DNA of 64,000 nucleotides from the human T2T-CHM13v2.0 reference genome, Homo sapiens, in the NCBI RefSeq assembly GCF_009914755.1, contig NC_060929.1. One strand, written 5' to 3'. The translations under genes were made by a program, and so were the position numbers. Each line of letters starts with the position of its first letter. Positions within the stretch are counted from its first letter, which is position 1. Shown one piece after another: positions 58,146 through 64,000 of this stretch. A model generated the notes under the pieces. The model searched no databases. It was not told where the DNA came from and was given only the letters and a program-made list of their open reading frames with translations.

Positions 58146-58564
58146 ATACATTTATTTTAAAAATGAATCTTTGAGCAACTATGTCTTTCTCTCTTGTATA
58201 AGTGAAATTACTAATCAAGATCAAGATAATTTTCATCTTCTAACTATCTGTGATGATTAAAGAAATTTTCAGATGGGCCTAAATATTTGAAAACATAGCT
58301 TCATTCACATTTCTTTTAAATATTAGTCATAGTTTTACTCTCTCATCAGGTTTTCCTTTAAAATAAGAACTGAACATAAGATTCACTTTCACACTGGATG
58401 TTTGATAATTGGCTTATCAGATCAAATTATGTATACTTTGTAAGGAAGGGACATTTTTATGCTTAAATTTTCATTGCATATGGAGGATAGTCCATGCCTA
58501 GGTGACACTGGCCTTATGTTAATGTATTCAACTATAAACTTCTCAGATTAGGGTGTTCAAAGGA

Positions 58565-59832
58565 CAACATCTGCTTGTCTAGTGGTCTTACTCCCAGGGG
58601 AGGAATGGTTCCAGCAAGGGACACAGTATGGCATTGTTTCCATTAAAATGAATGGTCTTCCTCGCAAAAGCCCATAAGCTCATTCTAATCACAAGAAAAA
58701 CATTAAATACGTACTGAGGGACATTCTACAAAATTCCTAACCACTATTCTTAAAAACTGTCAAGGCCATCCAAGCAAAGAAAGTCTGAGAAATTGTCATA
58801 GCCAAGAGGAGGCTAAGGAGATATGACAGCTAGTGAAATGTGGCTTCCTGGATGGAGTCCTAAAACAGGGAAAGGACATTAGGTGAATATTAAAGGCATT
58901 GGAATGAAATATGGACTTTGTTAATCCCATCAATATTGGTTTATTAGTTGTGACAAATGTACCATATTAATGTAAGCTGTTGACAATAGAAGAAACAATA
59001 ATACACTGGAATTCTCCATATTAGCTGTATGACTCTTCTATAAATCTAAAAGTATTCTAAGATTGGAAGTTTATTTTTTCAAAAAAAGAAAGGTGTAACT
59101 GACATTTGGCCATATTGGGCTCCTCATTTAATGAAAGTGTTATTATATTGGCTGCAGTAATTGACACTAATTATCAAAGAAAAATTATGTTGCTACTACA
59201 CAAATGGGGATAAGAAAACATGTCTGAAATATAAGATAGGCTCTGAGGTAACTCTTTGTACTCCCATGTCCTGAATAACAATCAAAGGAAAACTACAGAA
59301 ACACAAAATAATCAGCACTGAACTGCTAATGGCTTAGAGCCATCAGAAGTGGAGGATGATTTGGGTCATTCCAGCACACAGAAAGCCACAATCAGTCAAG
59401 GTGCTTGAAGACAAGAAAGAAAATAAAGCATGAAGAGTGGAAGAAAAAAGTTTGGACCAATTACATAAATGAATATTGTAATAGTTATGAGTATTTTTCC
59501 TTGTTTGGGTATGAGTGTATTCATATATAATCCAACAGTTTTGTCCTTTCTATACACCTATCATATCAGATAAGTGTGACTAGTAGCTAATCTTATCTTA
59601 GTATTTAGCCTAAGGCATATTAAAGGGATATATGACTCAGCTAGAAGCCAACCAAACCTCAACCAAAGGTAGATAATGTGACCATGTATCCTCTTTGGGG
59701 AGCAGTTAGAGTGCTCTCATTTATATGAGGAATGGTTGAAACATTGCAGATGGAAGCATGATTTTATTTACTTGAAGATTACGTATGATAAAAAAGAGAT
59801 GTGCACAAATGCTTAGTTGACAAGAGGTGGAC
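58565..59832 (+). mobile_element. ERVL internal 3' region (dUTPase-like relic and polypurine tract), interrupted by L1MD
   Basis: AVIDTNYQRKIMLLLHK near 59155-59205 (compare ERVL dUTPase GVIDPDYQGEIGLLLHN). Ends agttgacaagaggtggac, immediately before an LTR start. Confidence 0.7.
58657..59087 (+). mobile_element. L1MD/L1MC-type 3' end
   Basis: gagggacattctacaaaat...aaaactgtcaaggcc...caatattggtttattagttgtgacaaatgtacca...taaatctaaaa. Confidence 0.75.
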
Positions 59833-60360
59833 TGTTGTGCCATTGTACTGTGTCAACTTAGCTAGGTTTCCCAACATTCCCTCAAAGTATATACTAGGTT
59901 AGAGACAGTCGTGAAAAATTTAAAGGCAAAACTGAAGTAACGGTTATCATATGAACACTACTTTGGACTGCTAGAGGAGCTGTAGCTCACATACACCCTC
60001 ACTGACTGACTAGCTCGCAGATTCCATAGCTTAGGCCAGGTGCTATGCAACTTTGCAAGGTTGACATTCTCTTCTGCAGATCATTTTCACTGTCAATGTT
60101 GGAGGCAGTCAGAGACAGACACAAGTTTCCCTTTGTTCTTGTGGGTTCTGATTTGTTCTCATAGGTTTGAATTTTTCTATGCTCTTTCCTGATGCACATC
60201 CAGCTTTTTTTACTGGACCCATGACACTGCCTACCCCAGGCTCACCAATACACCAAGACTTCTTCATCAGTTTCCATAATGTGTAAGGATTAACCTCTAT
60301 AATAAATGCCTTATTTCACATTATTCATAGTAGTCTGCTTCTCCAATCAATTATTTATAT
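59833..60360 (+). mobile_element. MLT2F-like ERVL 3' LTR
   Basis: tgt...tgtgtcaacttagctagg start directly after the PPT. End ataataaatgccttatttc...catagtagtctgcttctc. Confidence 0.65.
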
Positions 60361-60460
60361 ATGTGGTTACAAAATACACAAAGAAATGTTGTGGAGGTAG
60401 GAGAAATTCTGGGTTGCAACAATTTTACAGTTGATGAGTGCACCAGAATAGGAAGCCAGA

Positions 60461-60808
60461 TGCTATGTTCTGAAGGTTTGTGTCCCCTCTCCCAAATTTG
60501 TACATTGAAATCCTAACCTTCAAGGTGATAGTATTAGAAAGTGGGGGCTTTGGAAGGGGATTAGACCATGGGGCTGGAGCCCTCATGAATGGCATTATTA
60601 CCCTTAGAAGAGAGGCCAAAGAAAGACTCCTTGCAGAGTTTGAAGACGAACAAATGGTGCTGTCTATGGTCTGGGAAGTGGGTCCTCACCAGACACTACA
60701 TCTGCTGGTGCTTTGATCTCAAGACTTCAGAACAGTGGTAAATTTCTATTGCTTATAATCCATCCAATGTATGAGATTTTATTATAGAAGTCCAAACAGA
60801 CTAGGACT
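60461..60808 (+). mobile_element. MLT1A0-like MaLR LTR
   Basis: tgctatgttctgaaggtttgtgtcccc...ggagccctcatgaatgg...ccaaacagactaggact. TSD ccaga/tcaga. Confidence 0.82.
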
Positions 60809-60819
60809 TCAGAGAACAA

Positions 60820-62280
60820 ACATTAAGGCCACTAATTGGAAAGAGAATTTGGAGACTAGCCTGGTTTCTTCTTGTCTACACCCCAACACTGAAGAAGCAG
60901 AGGTGAACAGGTGTAACAAATAAAGCTGCTAGCAGTGGCTGGAGATTCAAGGGAGTGTTCCAGGAAGATAGTAGCCCCTTGAAGAGACAATGCACACTAA
61001 GAAGTGGAGGTCAAGGTGCCAACATAGACCCCAACAGGAAGCATGGTCTTCCCAAATCTGCAGAATGGTAAGAAATAAGATCCTTTAATCAATCACATCT
61101 CTACCCACAGACAAATGGACATGGATTATAAAATTAAAAGAAAACTACAACAATCAAATCTTACTAATTACTTGAACAAATGCAGCATCCTGGTAGAAAC
61201 ATCAGCTTTTACTAATAGTTACCTAACACAGGACTAGTCAAGAACAATTCCAAAGCATTTAAAAAATTTAAGAAAATGTTTTTAGATACATTGGGCAGAT
61301 TTTACTTCTTAGAAAGAAAAGTGTTATAAAATGGAAACAAACATGTTGAAACTGTAAACATTAATGGCAACAAGTTAAGAATGAGAGCAACATACTCTAG
61401 AGGATGCAGAATGCAGAATGGAGAGACCTAGTCTATGTACAAGGGAAGTTGACTGAATTATCCATGAAAAGTTCATTCTATACTTCAAATGTGGGAGGAT
61501 AAAGTGATATCTTAAGTATTCTGAGGAAAATTTAATTGGGAACCCAACCTTCTGTCCAGACACAGTAGAATTTGTAGAAAAACGCAAATAAAATATTTTT
61601 GAATATTTAAAGTCAGAAATACTTGCCAACTAGAGGATCTCTCTTGAAAAATTATTTATGGGTAAATAGTTTTAAGAAAATTTTAGGCTAAATAAATAGT
61701 ACTACTTACAATGGCAGTAAAACTTAAGTATATGTTGAAGTAAACGTTGCCATAATTTAAAAAATATAAATATAAAATCTCAGGAAATCTCCTAATGGGA
61801 TATGGTGGGAATAGAAAATGCAGAGAAGGTGAAAATATGTTAAGGTCATTTTCTTATTCAGAAAAAAGATATAGATATTGTTTAACTCCAAAATTTACTT
61901 GAAAAAATACTTTTAAATAAAAGATGAAATGAAACAAGGAAAATTTGTTCAAATCAACAAGAGAAAACAAATGAGAATAAATAAAATAGAAAGTATATCT
62001 GGAAAACCTGAACTAAGATGACAGAGGAATAAGATCAGGTGAACATATGTAATGATAATTATGAATTGTAGATAATCTCAATAGTTGACACCAACAAGCA
62101 AACAAACAACCTGAACAATAGACTATTCACAAGGGATGATTTTTAGAGCGAAAGAATTAGGAAGTTTCAGAATATTGAAATAGAAATACCTGGTTGTACG
62201 AAGAAAAATAAAACATGTAATATTGATGTCCGATGAAATTCAAAACAAAAACTTTTCCAAGGTGGAGAGATTACATCTGA
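60820..62280 (+). mobile_element. Highly decayed old L1M (ORF1 to ORF2 start)
   Basis: A-rich sense tract with gaattatccatgaaaagttcattc and atatgtaatgataattatgaattgtagataatct-like L1 motifs. Confidence 0.45.
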
Positions 62281-62309
62281 TCAAAATGGCAAAGTCTGTG
62301 AAAACTGAA

Positions 62310-63000
62310 GGAGGGTGTTCATGAGGTCAGTAAATAAGGGTGATGCCATCGGGAGAAAGCTGAATAGACTTATGGAAAGAGGTGTCGAAGATACTGTTCT
62401 TATTACGGGAGTGACTGAAAACAAGATGAACCCTGTCCTTCCTTTCTGCATAGTGAAAAGCAAGCAACTTCCAACTTACAATTCTTGGAGAGCAGTGCCT
62501 TTTGAAGATAGTCCAATCTCAGGTAAGGCATAGAATGGTGCAAATATACCAAAAACATCGTTTAATGGAAGTGAGTTTGCAGGTTATCTTAGAAGGGATG
62601 ATTTTGGATGAAACCACTCAATAACGTAGGAAAAAAAGTTGGGTATAGAAGTACAGAGTAGAATGGGGCACCAGTCCTAGAAAGGTTTGCTCTTGGATGT
62701 GGGCCATGCTGGCCTTAGAGAAATCATATTTAAGGGTGATGATTTCCCAGAGTTAAAATAAGGCCTTTCCTGTCTCTCCAAGTGACCAGGCAGCAGCCCC
62801 TGAGATGGAGGTGAACAGAATGCCTTTGTGGAAAGGCTGTGATGACAAAGTGGTGCCACCTTGGGGAACTGGGTTGGCAATCTGCATCCTTTGGTGGCTG
62901 GCACTCTCAAAATGACAGCAAGAGTGGGTTATTGCTCAAACAATGATCTTCACTCGCTAACTCTGCTTTAACAAATATTCTTGATATGTGCCAGTTTGTA
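62310..63000 (+). mobile_element. Possible ancient CR1/L3-type LINE endonuclease relic
   Basis: Degenerate APE motifs in the expected order and spacing: LITGVTE (about 62400), IIFKGDDFPELK* (62723-62761), GATLG (about 62855), SNNDLH (about 62940). Confidence 0.35.
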
Positions 63001-63349
63001 GCAGTATCCTTTCTCTGTAGAGCTGCAAGGAAATGTAAGTGAGAAAAACTATGAGATTCCTCTTGTAAACATCAGCCTTTGGTGAAATAAACATAAAAAG
63101 GGAGAAATTAGTGCAAAAAGTTAAGGGTAACTTGTTCCTTGTGCACATAGGAGGGGATGTGGTTAAATACATACACCCACATGCACTGAAACATGTTGTT
63201 AAACTTTAAAAAATATGCTCACCACATCCTCTGAGAGTGCAGAGGTGGTTAAAAGCAAACATGGTTACATATATGGAGGTGGAAACAGGTGTCTGAGAGA
63301 TGAGAAATTTCCCCTTAGGCAGCATCGTTATGGTTTCTCATCTAGTATA

Positions 63350-63525
63350 ATAGTTATTAGCAGAAGACCTGGATACAGACTGCAGGGTGAGAATCCTGGC
63401 CCTAACATGTATTAGATTTGGGATACTTGTATGCAAAATTAGCATACTGATGGTATCTAATTCATAGGATGTTTGTGAGAATTAGCTCAGGCAATCTAAG
63501 GAATGTGCTTCATTGAGCTCAATGA
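63350..63525 (+). mobile_element. MIR
   Basis: cagactgcagggtgagaatcctggc...tcataggatgtttgtgagaattag. Confidence 0.6.
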
Positions 63526-64000
63526 ATGAACAATCACCATTATGATGATTAGTCTTTTTTCCCCACTCCTTGCTTATTTGCCAGAAGAGAAGAGAATACA
63601 CAAATATATACCCAAACTATAAAACCTTGAAAAACAGTGAAATTTTAATAGGAACTCCAATAAAACAAATAACAGGTATGTAGGAGAGCTAATAGGAAGA
63701 CAGGTAGATATAGATGATATACATACAGACATGTCTGTTAGGCATAGGGGCATTTGTAGTCTCATAGAAAGTTTGTCACCAGAGCACATTTATTTATAAA
63801 TCCACTTCTTGTCATAGATTAAGTATATATGGATTAGTTTAATATACCCTCTTGTGTGACTGCCTAACAAACATTAATAATAGAGCTTTAAAAACAAATC
63901 CTTCTTGAGAATTTTACATTTATTCTGAAAAATTCAACCTTTAAAAAGTCTAGTTTTTTAAAAAAGTGTTTTAAATATTTTGCTTAAAGGTGTACTGAAT

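Overview
AT-rich, CpG-poor primate (human-like) non-coding DNA. The Alu (J/S/Y, FAM), L1PA/L1MA/L1ME, L2, MIR, MaLR (THE1/MLT1), ERVL (MLT2), ERV1 and mariner-derived MADE1 repeats identify it as simian. I found no host protein-coding exon, tRNA, rRNA, CRISPR array or formal CpG island. Nearly all ORFs in the track are chance or repeat-derived. The only long one (37611-39224, 537 aa) is the C-terminal part of L1 ORF2 from a 5'-truncated L1PA2-type insertion, fused in frame to 30 codons of flanking DNA. Other main contents: a near full-length old L1MA-type element (about 4.7-12.1 kb, minus strand), several nested insertions with readable target-site duplications (TSDs), and ERVL pol/dUTPase relics. 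I see no evidence for a new multi-gene biological system. The items most worth checking are small: (i) a composite templated insertion in an MLT1B LTR, including an exact 19-bp copy of sequence 1.4 kb away; (ii) a perfect 24-bp-stem inverted repeat; (iii) a compact CpG/GC-box/USF/DR1 promoter-like cluster near 16.0 kb; (iv) two solo Hsmar1 TIR half-MADE1s (candidate SETMAR sites); (v) a possible very ancient CR1-type endonuclease fossil near 62.3-63.0 kb. Subfamily names come from recalled consensus features, not from a database search, and boundaries of old elements are approximate.
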